DNA of 64,000 nucleotides from Dehalococcoidia bacterium (GTDB lineage Bacteria > Chloroflexota > Dehalococcoidia > Lucifugimonadales > UBA3495): the NCBI GenBank assembly GCA_012959605.1, contig DUCU01000066.1, positions 15,319-79,318 on the forward strand. The letters are read 5' to 3'. Each line of letters starts with the position of its first letter. Positions within the stretch are counted from its first letter, which is position 1. The notes beneath the pieces were generated by a model, which did no database searches, was not told where the DNA came from, and saw only the letters and a list, made by a program, of their open reading frames with translations. The position numbers and the translations under genes were made by a program. Below, piece by piece: positions 20,464 through 29,289 of this stretch.

Positions 20464-21642
20464 ATGACATCCAGAAGGCCATCATTCAGCACATTGGACC
20501 ACTCACTGGGCGAGACAATCGACTTGATTCGAGACACGGTGCGTCAGTTCTCAACTCAGGAGATTGCCCCACGGGCTGATGAGATAGACCAGACTGACCA
20601 ATTCCCCAGAGACCTTTGGCCCAGGCTCGGCGACTTGGGTCTGCTGGGCATGACGGTCTCCGAGGAATACGGCGGCGCCGGACTTGGCTACCTGGCACAT
20701 ACCATCACTGTGGAAGAGATTTCTCGGGGCTCGGCTAGCGTTGGCCTCAGCTACGGTGCCCACTCCAATTTGTGCGTCAACCAGATATCCCGTAACGGCA
20801 ACGACGACCAGAAGCGACGCTACCTGCCCAAGTTGATCAGTGGGGAGCACGTGGGCGCGTTGGCTATGAGCGATCCTGATGCCGGTTCCGATGTAGTGAG
20901 CATGACGCTCAGGGCCGATAAGAAGGGCGACCACTACATCTTGAACGGCACCAAGATGTGGATTACCAACGGCCCCGACGCCGATACCCTGGTAATCTAC
21001 GGCAAGACTAACCCCAAAGCAGGCTCCCACGGCATTACCGCGTTTTTGGTGGAGAAAAGGTTTGCGGGATTTGCAGCTTCTCCCAAGCTGAACAAGCTGG
21101 GCATGCGCGGCTCCAGCACGTCAGAGTTGGTCTTTCACGATTGTGAAGTGCCTGAGGAGAACGTGCTTGGCGAGGTTGATCACGGCGTCCAGGTGCTGAT
21201 GAGCGGATTGGATTACGAACGGCTGGTCCTGGCCGGCGGCCCCCTGGGCATCATGCAATCTTGTTTGGACGTGGTGGTGCCTTATGTCCACCAGCGTGAA
21301 CAGTTCGGCCAGCCAATCGGCGAGTTTCAATTGATCCAGGCGAAACTGGCCGATATGTACACCGCCCTATCGGCTTGCCAGTCATACACCTACGCAGTGG
21401 CCCGCGCTGCCGACCAAGGGCAGAGCATACGCAAAGACGCCGCTGGGTGTCTGCTGTTCACTGCCGAGCATGCCACCCAAATGGCGCTCCAGGCAGTGCA
21501 AACATTGGGCGGGAACGGCTACATCAACGACTCGCCAACCGGCCGACTGCTGCGAGACGCCAAGCTCTACGAGATTGGCGCCGGCACCAGCGAGATACGC
21601 CGGATACTCATTGGCCGGGAGCTCTTCCGAGAGTCTGCGTAG
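20464..21642 (+). CDS. isovaleryl-CoA dehydrogenase-like acyl-CoA dehydrogenase
   Basis: 392 aa with [69 protein letters not shown], close to recalled IVD sequences. Confidence 0.8.
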   Translation: MTSRRPSFSTLDHSLGETIDLIRDTVRQFSTQEIAPRADEIDQTDQFPRDLWPRLGDLGLLGMTVSEEYGGAGLGYLAHTITVEEISRGSASVGLSYGAHSNLCVNQISRNGNDDQKRRYLPKLISGEHVGALAMSDPDAGSDVVSMTLRADKKGDHYILNGTKMWITNGPDADTLVIYGKTNPKAGSHGITAFLVEKRFAGFAASPKLNKLGMRGSSTSELVFHDCEVPEENVLGEVDHGVQVLMSGLDYERLVLAGGPLGIMQSCLDVVVPYVHQREQFGQPIGEFQLIQAKLADMYTALSACQSYTYAVARAADQGQSIRKDAAGCLLFTAEHATQMALQAVQTLGGNGYINDSPTGRLLRDAKLYEIGAGTSEIRRILIGRELFRESA

Positions 21643-21703
21643 ACTCAACGCCCATCCACCCGCTGGCTTTTTGTCGTATTCAACATGAATAGCCAAGTTA
21701 ACT

Positions 21704-22303
21704 ATGCTTTCGTCGGTGAGCGTTTGTGAATCTAATACCCCCATTCGACTCCTCAGGCGGTTATGGCTAGCTGTTGTGCTGCTGACCGTAATGTTGGCTG
21801 CCTGTTCTTCCGGCGACAGCTCACCAACTCTTGAACCGGAGACTGCTGCCGATAACACACCTGTTGCCAACTCTTCAGATGCCATGAACGGCGAATTGGA
21901 GCTGGAGGGCGACTCGGTGTATTTCGTCTACCGCAATCATGCAAACAGCATGTTCCCGGTGTCACAGCGCAATTCTGACCTGACCACCAAGTATCAGGTA
22001 TTTCGGTTGGCTTTGGATGGTGAGGCAAGGGCTTAGCCACTTGCCTTGTTTGAAGATCACGTCCCGGTCAACGATATTTTAACTGGCCAGGACGTGGTAA
22101 TCGTCCCAGATTCGTCAGGCAGCGGTGTCCGGGCCTATGACCGAAGCGACCATGTATTCGCAATATCGAGTTCTTCCAGCGAATCAGCAGTGATACTCAA
22201 TGACGAGAATGGGGCCGACTGGCTAGCTGAGACCGATAGCCTGGTCCGATTCTACGATACCAGCCAGACGTTAGAGAGGCTGCCCAGTCACTGGTTCGGT
22301 TGA
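21704..22303 (+). pseudogene. DUF3179-like secreted lipoprotein gene with two premature stops
   Basis: ORFs 21704..22036 and 22046..22303 are in the same frame, separated only by TAG 22034..22036. This gives GEARA-TAG-PLALFEDHVPVNDILTG, where recalled family members have AYPL. TGA 22301..22303 interrupts HWFG-TGA-YVFTPTQT, where the family has the WFAW..F.P.T tail. The N-terminus has the lipobox LAAC. Confidence 0.45.
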
Positions 22304-22420
22304 TACGTTTTTACCCCCACACAGACATCTACACCTCTTAACTCCAGTTCTGCGTCCCTTCCTCCGGCCCTATTTGGTGCACGATTCATCTGGTATCCCG
22401 TCTTCTTATTAATTGTATTA

Positions 22421-22450
22421 GTTTAAAATTAATTTTAAACTATATATAAT
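22421..22450 (+). promoter_or_regulatory. perfect 20-bp palindrome GTTTAAAATTAATTTTAAAC overlapping a candidate promoter (TTTAAA-17-TATAAT)
   Basis: The palindrome at 22421..22440 was verified base by base. TATAAT lies at 22445..22450. Both sit in a local AT-rich island about 170 nt upstream of the repeat-protein gene. Confidence 0.45.
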
Positions 22451-22624
22451 TTTCTAGACTGAAAGTGGGTAGTTTAGATATTGGCCAACGAGTTTGGCCC
22501 ATAACCCACGCCCACAAAACTGGGTCCATCGAGTTTTACCTGAGAATTTCACCTGAGATTTCCAAGGGAACCAAGACCCTGGCGTCCGTGTCGCAGAATT
22601 GCGACCAAGTGAGGGAGGATGGGA

Positions 22625-25501
22625 ATGCGGTATTCGATATTGCGGCTGCCAATCACACTAATGTTACTGGCTCTGGTTGTGGTGGCCTTCTTCGCCAATC
22701 AATCAAATCTTCATGCGGAAGACGATCACGGTGATTACCGTTTCACTTCCACCAACCTGAGTATTGGTGCTGGGGCTGTTTCTGGCGTCATCAATACCGC
22801 CGACATCCTGTTTGATGTGGACTATTTCTCTTTCCAGGCAAAGAGGGGCGTTCGATACACCTTCCTTTTGGACGAAGTCACGGTGGTTGACGCCAATATT
22901 TCAATAATTAACTCCCTGTCACGCGGCAACAACAGTTCCCCTGAGCAGGAACTTACGGTTTCGGGCGGTCAAAAGACTGTCGACTGGATTGCCAGGACCA
23001 CTGATACCTACTACGTGGAAGTCGCCGGGACTATCAACGCGTTTGACGGTTCTTTCTACCTGGGTGACTACACCATCAGCGGATTTGAAGATACCAGCCT
23101 GCTGGATCGGCACTCCGACGAGCGCAACGGCGCAACCAGTATCTCCCCAGGAAACGTTTACCAGGGTGCGGTTAGTCCTTGGAGTAACCAGCCCAGCCTA
23201 GCCAGCACCGTTGACGGCGGAGACGACTTCGATTTCTATTCGTTCCAAGCCCAACGTGGCGTGAAATACAACGTTGAGGTCGACCTAGCCACATCTGAAG
23301 GAGTTGAGATAGCCATCCACACCACTTTTGCCGGCATCGAGAAGACCAGCGACGGCATTGGCAGCACGCTGAGTTGGATATCTCCAAACAACGACACGTA
23401 TTACGTGTCTGTATCCGGAACGAGTCGGGTGCGCGATTCCAATGGCACCTACGCCATCAAGCTGAATGCCGAGACCGACCTTCTCGACCACCACACAGAT
23501 TCCGTGACCGGAGCAACCGTAGTCAGCTTTGGCAATGCCCACCAGGGCTCGATTAGCCCGGCCAATGACCTAGATTACTTCTCCTTCCCCGCCCTGCGCG
23601 GCGTTAAATACATGATGGAAGCATCTCTAGGCAGCGCTGACGGTGTTAATCTCACCATAATCGACGCTGACCAAACCAGCCTGGCTTCCAATGGCGGTGT
23701 GGGCACCAGTCTAGAGTGGCTGGCTCCTGCCAATGGCACTTTTCTAGCGATAGTCTCAGCCTCGCCCCAGGTCCCCAATGTTATTGGAACCTATTCTTTA
23801 AACCTGAGCAGCGATACCACCCTACAGGACCACCACGGTGATTCCACTGGGGCGGCATCTGTCCTCAGCTTTGGCAACGCTCATCAGGGTGCGGTCAGCC
23901 CCAATACCGACCGAGACTACTTCATGTTCCCGGCAGAACGAGGGGTCAACTACACATTGGAGTTGGACCTGCTGACCGCCGACGGTGCAGTCATATCCAT
24001 AGAGAACCCCGCAGGAGACACACTGAGCAGCACCAACGGCCTGGGCACTGGTCTAGGTTGGACGGCGGCCAGTACCGGCTTGTTCTACGTGGTGGTGTCC
24101 CATTCACCCCAGGCAAATGAGGGCATCGGCACTTACGCGTTAACAGTCTCAGCCAACACCAGCTTGGAAGACCGTCACTTGGACACGGCTTCAAGTGGCA
24201 CTCCTCTGAGTTTTGGCACTATCTATCAGGGAGCGATCAGCCCCCAGTCTGACTTGGATTATTTCTCATTCCCCGCTGAGCGCGGAGTTGAATATCTGCT
24301 GGACATGACTTATGGGTCAGCAACGGCAGTTTCATTTGAAGTAAGCAGTTTGGACGGGAGTTCAGATAGCGGCGCTCGTAACTTCGGAGAGAGCAACATT
24401 ATCCGATGGACGTCTCCGGACTCGGGCACCTATTACGTCAGGGTTTCAGCCTCGGCAAAAGCACTGGAACCAACAGGTACGTACACACTGAAGGTCACGC
24501 CTGATCTGGCACTGCAAGATCGGCATAGCGACGCTGCCAGCAATGGCACTCGCATCGGATTTGGCAACGCCATCAGAGGCGCCATCAGCCCGTTAACCGA
24601 CTATGACTATTTCGAGTTCACCGCAGAGCAGGGAATCACCTACACCGTAGATGTGAGACCTGAAACCGCCGAAGGCGTCCGGTTCTCAGTTGAGAGCCAA
24701 ATAGTAGGTTTCTCCATTTCCAACTTCGGCCTGGAACAATCTCTGGAGTGGGAGGCCCCAACATCGGGGGCATACATACTCGCCGTATCGGCCTCCGAAC
24801 GAGTGGGCAAGTCCGTTGGCACTTATTCCATCACCGTCAACCGACAAAGTGACGCGCGACCTGAGGTACCCAAGGTAATCGAACCGGATCCAGAACCGGT
24901 GCCAGATATACCCCTACCCAAGATCATCGCCCCAGACGGGACCGCAATGATCCTTGAGTCCAGGGTTTCACCGTTGGGGAGCATTGTCCGGGTTCCGGTG
25001 GAACTGAGCCAAGCGTCGGGTATCACCAGTCTTGGGTTCACGCTGAACTACGACCCCAACGCACTCCGAGTGTTCAACGTAGAACGGGGTTCCAGACTAA
25101 CTGAGGACTCATTCAGCTATGACAATGATTTACCGGGACAGGTGCGGTTTGGATTTGCCGTGACTCAGGGTTCAGAATCCAGTGGTACTGCGGCCGTTGT
25201 GTCCTTCCAGGTAGTAGGGGCTGAGGGTTCAGTTAGCCCAATCACCCTATCAGACGCCTTGGTAAATCACCGAGCCGAGGGTCCTTTGACTGTGGAACTG
25301 GTTGGAGCTGACTTCAGAGTCGGTTCCAAGATACTGGGCGACGCCGATGGCGACAGTCTAGTTACAGCGCTGGACGCTTTGCTGGCCCTGAAGATGGCCG
25401 CAGGCGGCACCAGGATAGACCTTTCCTTGGACGTCAACAATGACGGCAAGATTACCATTGATGACGCCCGAATAATTCTGAACATGGCCCGACCTAGTTA
25501 G
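22625..25501 (+). CDS. secreted protein: signal peptide, 6 PPC-like repeats, Pro-rich linker, cohesin domain and dockerin domain
   Basis: The ORF runs 22619..25501. The GGAGG at 22614..22618 abuts ATG 22619, so ATG 22625 is the likelier start. The signal peptide is LRLPITLMLLALVVVAFFANQSNLHA. Domain details are in the separate entries below. Confidence 0.8.
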   Translation: MRYSILRLPITLMLLALVVVAFFANQSNLHAEDDHGDYRFTSTNLSIGAGAVSGVINTADILFDVDYFSFQAKRGVRYTFLLDEVTVVDANISIINSLSRGNNSSPEQELTVSGGQKTVDWIARTTDTYYVEVAGTINAFDGSFYLGDYTISGFEDTSLLDRHSDERNGATSISPGNVYQGAVSPWSNQPSLASTVDGGDDFDFYSFQAQRGVKYNVEVDLATSEGVEIAIHTTFAGIEKTSDGIGSTLSWISPNNDTYYVSVSGTSRVRDSNGTYAIKLNAETDLLDHHTDSVTGATVVSFGNAHQGSISPANDLDYFSFPALRGVKYMMEASLGSADGVNLTIIDADQTSLASNGGVGTSLEWLAPANGTFLAIVSASPQVPNVIGTYSLNLSSDTTLQDHHGDSTGAASVLSFGNAHQGAVSPNTDRDYFMFPAERGVNYTLELDLLTADGAVISIENPAGDTLSSTNGLGTGLGWTAASTGLFYVVVSHSPQANEGIGTYALTVSANTSLEDRHLDTASSGTPLSFGTIYQGAISPQSDLDYFSFPAERGVEYLLDMTYGSATAVSFEVSSLDGSSDSGARNFGESNIIRWTSPDSGTYYVRVSASAKALEPTGTYTLKVTPDLALQDRHSDAASNGTRIGFGNAIRGAISPLTDYDYFEFTAEQGITYTVDVRPETAEGVRFSVESQIVGFSISNFGLEQSLEWEAPTSGAYILAVSASERVGKSVGTYSITVNRQSDARPEVPKVIEPDPEPVPDIPLPKIIAPDGTAMILESRVSPLGSIVRVPVELSQASGITSLGFTLNYDPNALRVFNVERGSRLTEDSFSYDNDLPGQVRFGFAVTQGSESSGTAAVVSFQVVGAEGSVSPITLSDALVNHRAEGPLTVELVGADFRVGSKILGDADGDSLVTALDALLALKMAAGGTRIDLSLDVNNDGKITIDDARIILNMARPS
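22721..24844 (+). repeat. six tandem protein-level repeats of about 112-126 aa (pre-peptidase C-terminal/PPC-like)
   Basis: Each unit opens with D-(H/R)-H-x-D (DDHGD, DRHSD, DHHTD, DHHGD, DRHLD, DRHSD). Each then has G.A..(L/V)SFGN..QGA(I/V)SP..D.DYF.F.A.RGV.Y, then TYYV.VS, then GTY.L. The units are divergent at DNA level. Confidence 0.75.
24932..25318 (+). other. cohesin-like domain (approximate bounds)
   Basis: VRVPVELSQASGITSLGFTLNYDPNALRVFNVERGS...GQVRFGFAV...GTAAVVSFQVVGAEGSVSPITLS follows the recalled cohesin pattern (v.v.v..g.qf.l.YDp..l....v..G...i.F...G.G.la...F.v). Confidence 0.6.
25337..25489 (+). other. dockerin-like domain (two EF-hand-like Ca-binding segments)
   Basis: GDADGDSLVTALDALLALKMAAG and LDVNNDGKITIDDARIILNMA form a duplicated DxDxDG...D plus helix arrangement, typical of type-I dockerins. 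Confidence 0.65.
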
Positions 25502-25512
25502 GGGAGTAGATT

Positions 25513-26193
25513 ATGCGCTGGATGTTAGAAGTAGCATTTATCGGCTTATCCACCAGTTGGAAATGGTTGCTTGGCTCAACGGCCGCGGTCGCAATTCTGG
25601 TGGGATTATTGTTCGGAGTGGGAGTTTTGGGTGGCGGTGACAGTAGCGACACTGATCCTGGCGGGCCTTTTGTTGCCGCCCCGCCAACACCAAGTCCCGC
25701 TCCTAACGCGACACCAAGGCCCGCTCCTAAGGCGACACCAAGGCCAACTCAGGCGGTTGCTGCAACACCAGTGCCTTCGGCTACGCGGGTGCCCGCAGCG
25801 CCGGCCAAGGTGATCTCAGTGCCCATATTGGCCACCCGGGCCGCCAACGTCGGCAGCCTGGAGTTTGTCTTGGTCTACGACCCGGCCAAGCTGGAATTTG
25901 CCCAGGTTGAACGTGGCCTGTTGTCCGGTGATGCCTTGATCGACTCTAGTTCATCAGAGCCAGGCCGACTTTGGGCTGGCATCATCGATATGCAGGGGAT
26001 TAACGGTAGCGGCCCGGTGGCCGTGGTGAAATTTCGAGTGCGCGACGGTGTATCTGGGGCCATGCCTCTAAGTTTGGAGAGTATCGCGGCGTTTGATGCC
26101 AATACACTGGTCGACATTGTCACTGGGACCACAGATGGGGAGTTCAATGTCACAGAGCTCCATCCCCTGTCGCCCATAGTCACTTTCCAATAA
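25513..26193 (+). CDS. membrane-anchored cohesin-domain protein (TM helix, Pro/Thr linker, cohesin)
   Basis: 226 aa. GGGGAG lies 6 nt upstream, and the gene starts 11 nt after the upstream stop. It has a TM helix (AAVAILVGLLFGVGVLGG), a PT-rich linker and a cohesin-like VGSLEFVLVYDPAKLEFAQVERG..GPVAVVKFRVRDGVSGAMPLSL (about 25807..26151). Confidence 0.7.
   Translation: MRWMLEVAFIGLSTSWKWLLGSTAAVAILVGLLFGVGVLGGGDSSDTDPGGPFVAAPPTPSPAPNATPRPAPKATPRPTQAVAATPVPSATRVPAAPAKVISVPILATRAANVGSLEFVLVYDPAKLEFAQVERGLLSGDALIDSSSSEPGRLWAGIIDMQGINGSGPVAVVKFRVRDGVSGAMPLSLESIAAFDANTLVDIVTGTTDGEFNVTELHPLSPIVTFQ
25696..25743 (+). repeat. 24-nt tandem duplication in the linker (PAPNATPR/PAPKATPR)
   Basis: CCCGCTCCTAA(C/G)GCGACACCAAGG occurs twice back to back with one mismatch. 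Confidence 0.85.
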
Positions 26194-26232
26194 TCAACGT
26201 CCTAACTAACTAGAGCTAAGACGGAAAAAGGA

Positions 26233-26266
26233 GGCACCGAACTAACCGGTGTTTCTTTTTTATTTT
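26233..26266 (+). terminator. weak intrinsic terminator after the cohesin operon
   Basis: CACCG (26235..26239) pairs with CGGTG (26247..26251), followed by TTTCTTTTTTATTTT. The stem is short but the U-tract is strong. Confidence 0.4.
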
Positions 26267-26347
26267 GCCCTCTTTCCACAATCTGGATTCTCGCCTACAA
26301 TGTGGCCGTAATTCACGACCAAGCACCTATTTTTTGGAGGAACGATT

Positions 26348-26764
26348 TTGGCTAGTTTGAACCTTGCGGAAGCTGAAGTGATTTTGGCGGCATCGAAGGC
26401 AAAAATGGTAGAGCTCGGCGTCAAGATGAGTATCTCAGTGGTTGACCCTCGTGGCGATCTGATTACCATGTGCAAGATGGATGGAGCACCTTGGCGAACA
26501 CCCGTGGTCTCCCGCGGTAAGGCAGTTGCCTCGGCCAGCTTTGAAGTTGCCAGCGGCGCTTTGACCGACAACTCCCAGGCTCCCATCTTCCGGGCTTTCA
26601 TGGCCATGGAAGGCGGACATTTCATCCCCGGTCAGGGCGCATTGCCCGTATTCCGCAACGGCGAGATCATCGGCGCAGTCGGTGGTAGCGGCGGAACAGC
26701 TCAAGAGGATGAAGACTGCGCTCGCGCCGGCATCGAAGCCGCTGGATTCTCAGCTTCTCGCTAA
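26348..26764 (+). CDS. GlcG/HbpS-like heme-binding protein (DUF336)
   Basis: 138 aa. It has a TTG start with GGAGG upstream, and ISVVDPRGDLI..DGAP..SRGKAVASASF..PG.GALPVFRNGEIIGAVGGSGGT..EDEDCA is the DUF336 signature. Confidence 0.75.
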   Translation: MASLNLAEAEVILAASKAKMVELGVKMSISVVDPRGDLITMCKMDGAPWRTPVVSRGKAVASASFEVASGALTDNSQAPIFRAFMAMEGGHFIPGQGALPVFRNGEIIGAVGGSGGTAQEDEDCARAGIEAAGFSASR

Positions 26765-26790
26765 CAAATAGTTTTCGATCTTTGGCATAA

Positions 26791-26826
26791 AAATAGGCTG
26801 GGTTAAACCCAGCCTATTTTTTATTT
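26791..26826 (+). terminator. intrinsic terminator after the glcG-like gene
   Basis: AAAATAGGCTGGG (26791..26803) pairs with CCCAGCCTATTTT (26808..26820), followed by TTATTT. Confidence 0.8.
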
Positions 26827-26984
26827 GTACCCGATTCATGCCCATTCGTTTCTGGTGGACGGCACGCTCGATTGAACTGTAGACTGATGCTCATAGCCTC
26901 TCCCCTTAACCAGTCTTAAATCGATACTGATGCCCAAAAGCGCTGGCCAAACGTTGTCTCAGACGAGGCCGCTGGAGTTAAATC

Positions 26985-28058
26985 ATGCACGTTGGATCGT
27001 CTACCTTTTTCCAGAACCACCGCCAGGCAATGACCGACTTGGAGATCTATCGGAACGAGCTGCGCCTGGCCGACATGGTTGAACCGTTGGGCTTCGACTC
27101 AATCTGGGGGGTGGAACACCATTTCACCGACTACACCATGTGCCCAGACGTTCTGCAGTTTCTTTCCTACATGGCCGGACGAACCCAAACGGTGCAACTA
27201 GGTAGCATGGTGGTGGTTCTGCCCTGGCACGACCCGCTTAGGGTAGCTGAGCAATTCTCCGTGCTTGACCATCTTAGCGCCGGAAGGGCGATAATCGGCG
27301 TTGGCCGGGGTCTGGCCAGAGTTGAATTTGATGGATTCAAGATAGAGATGTCAGAGTCCAGGGCCAGGTTCGCGGAGAGCACCAAGTTATTGGTTGATGC
27401 CCTTGAAGAGGGCTTCGCCGAGTTCCAGGGTGAACTGATCAAACAGCCTAGGGTGGAAATCAGGCCCAGACCCTACAAGAGTTTCAAGGGCCGGACTTAC
27501 GCTGCCGCAGTCTCTCCGGAATCTTCGTTGGCGCTGGCCCAATTGGGCCTCGGCATGTTGATCATCCCCCAGAAGCCGTGGAGCGAGGTTGAAGCCGAAC
27601 TCAAGTCCTACCGAGAGATCTACCAGGAGATCAATGGCGAGCCAGCACCGCCTCCGATAGTGGTCGGGTTCACGTTCTGTCACGAAGACGAAGAAACGGC
27701 CCGAGAGATGGCCAGCGAGTATATCGGCAATTACTGGGACTCGATAATGGACCACTACGAGTTCCACAGTGACCACCTGAAAGAGACCAAGGGCTACGAG
27801 TACTACGGCAAGTTCACCGAGAAGATAGAACAATACGGAAACCAGGACGTGAAGGACTTCTTTCTGGACCTGCAGGTATGGGGAACTCCCGACCAGTGCT
27901 ACGAAAAGATCATGAAAACTCGAGGCCGTACCGGAAGCGAATCATACATAGGCGCGTTTAGTTTTGGCGGAATGCCCTACGGTGAGGTTGAAAAGAGCAT
28001 GAAACTCTTCGCCGAAAAGGTGATGCCCAGGCTGAAAGGAGTACTGGCTGCGGTGTAA
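26985..28058 (+). CDS. LLM-class (luciferase-like) flavin-dependent monooxygenase
   Basis: 357 aa with GFDSIWGVEHHF, LDHLSAGRAIIGVGRG and an overall bacterial-luciferase TIM-barrel pattern. Confidence 0.8.
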   Translation: MHVGSSTFFQNHRQAMTDLEIYRNELRLADMVEPLGFDSIWGVEHHFTDYTMCPDVLQFLSYMAGRTQTVQLGSMVVVLPWHDPLRVAEQFSVLDHLSAGRAIIGVGRGLARVEFDGFKIEMSESRARFAESTKLLVDALEEGFAEFQGELIKQPRVEIRPRPYKSFKGRTYAAAVSPESSLALAQLGLGMLIIPQKPWSEVEAELKSYREIYQEINGEPAPPPIVVGFTFCHEDEETAREMASEYIGNYWDSIMDHYEFHSDHLKETKGYEYYGKFTEKIEQYGNQDVKDFFLDLQVWGTPDQCYEKIMKTRGRTGSESYIGAFSFGGMPYGEVEKSMKLFAEKVMPRLKGVLAAV

Positions 28059-28059
28059 C

Positions 28060-29235
28060 CTATTCGCCCGTGTAGCGAATTTCCTCGCTTTTTAACTCAC
28101 CCAGCGAACGCCATGCAAAACGTTTGGTGTAAGGATTCTCGATTCCTTCCAAAGCATCTGCAGCCAGTCCGCCCAGCACCGGGCCAAACTTAAAAGCGTG
28201 GCCGCTGCCGCCGGTGGAGACCACCAAGCCCTGCCGGGCAGGGTCTCGGCCAATCCAGAAATCCCCATCCCAGGTGTCGCAGTAGAGGCACATTTTGCTG
28301 CCGTAAAGTGGGAGCGCCGCCAGAGAGGGCAGAGACTCGGCCAAGAACGCCCGGCAATGAGCTTCCTGCTCTGGTAGCGTCAATCTATCCGCGTCAGGGT
28401 GAACCCTGCGGCCTGGCCCATGGTTGGCCATCTTGACCACTCCCTCACAGTTGGCCGGGAATCCGTACCAGCCGGTTCGTGGGATGTCCGCGCCCCAAGG
28501 TGGAAATGATGGCGCGCGGTAGTTTTCCGGATTTGACGGCTTGAAGTAGAAGATGGGCTGTCCTACCGGCCACATCCGGTCGGCAAGGTCTGGTAGCAAA
28601 ACCGTAGTCCACACCCCGGCGGCCACCAACACCCACTCAGCCAGCAATTCCCGACCGTCTGATGCCGCTGCACCGGTTACTCGATCACCATTCTGTACCA
28701 ACCGAGTCGCTGCGAAGCCAGTCACGATTGAAACACCAGAATCGATTGCGTCGTGGGCCAGGGCAGCAGTAATTTCGGCAGCTGCCGCCCAACCTGCCCT
28801 TGGGTTGAAGTACCCGTCTATGTAGTGGTCTGCGTTCCAATGAGGGTAACGACTGGCCAGGTCTCCGGCTAGTAGCTTTTCAATGGGGAAGCCACGCTCA
28901 GTCAGGAGCGAGTACGAGTCCTGCTCAAACGACCCAGAAGCCATCGGCACGCTGGTCATGAGCAGAAACCCGTCTTCGTGGTAAAGGTCTCTGCCCCAAC
29001 GGGCGTTCCAGCGGTGCCAACCTTCAATGGCCTCAGCGCCCAACGACGAATAAAGGCCATCGGCACCGTAGTCCAGGCGCACCATGCGGCTGACGTCGTT
29101 GGATGCCGCCAGTGGATGAGGAACCGGCCCCGGATCCGCCACCGTGACTCGGTAGCCGCGTTGCCGCAATTCCAAGGCGGCGGTCAGCCCAAATATGCCA
29201 GCCCCAATCACCAGTACTGAGTTGTCAGCAAGCAC
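28060..29235 (-). CDS. FAD-dependent oxidoreductase (DAO/sarcosine-oxidase-like family)
   Basis: 391 aa with VLVIGAGIFGLTAALELRQRGYRVTVAD (dinucleotide-binding fold) and a C-terminal GGSGHAFKFGPVLG. Confidence 0.75.
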   Translation of the reverse strand: MLADNSVLVIGAGIFGLTAALELRQRGYRVTVADPGPVPHPLAASNDVSRMVRLDYGADGLYSSLGAEAIEGWHRWNARWGRDLYHEDGFLLMTSVPMASGSFEQDSYSLLTERGFPIEKLLAGDLASRYPHWNADHYIDGYFNPRAGWAAAAEITAALAHDAIDSGVSIVTGFAATRLVQNGDRVTGAAASDGRELLAEWVLVAAGVWTTVLLPDLADRMWPVGQPIFYFKPSNPENYRAPSFPPWGADIPRTGWYGFPANCEGVVKMANHGPGRRVHPDADRLTLPEQEAHCRAFLAESLPSLAALPLYGSKMCLYCDTWDGDFWIGRDPARQGLVVSTGGSGHAFKFGPVLGGLAADALEGIENPYTKRFAWRSLGELKSEEIRYTGE

Positions 29236-29289
29236 GATAATCTACGGGCAATTTGGATTGCCTCAGGCCTAGCTGGTCAATCAAGACAA

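Noticed and set aside
22465-22734. 89-aa ORF overlapping the start of the repeat-protein gene
   Set aside because: It is out of frame with, and overlaps, a strongly supported signal-peptide start. It has no RBS.
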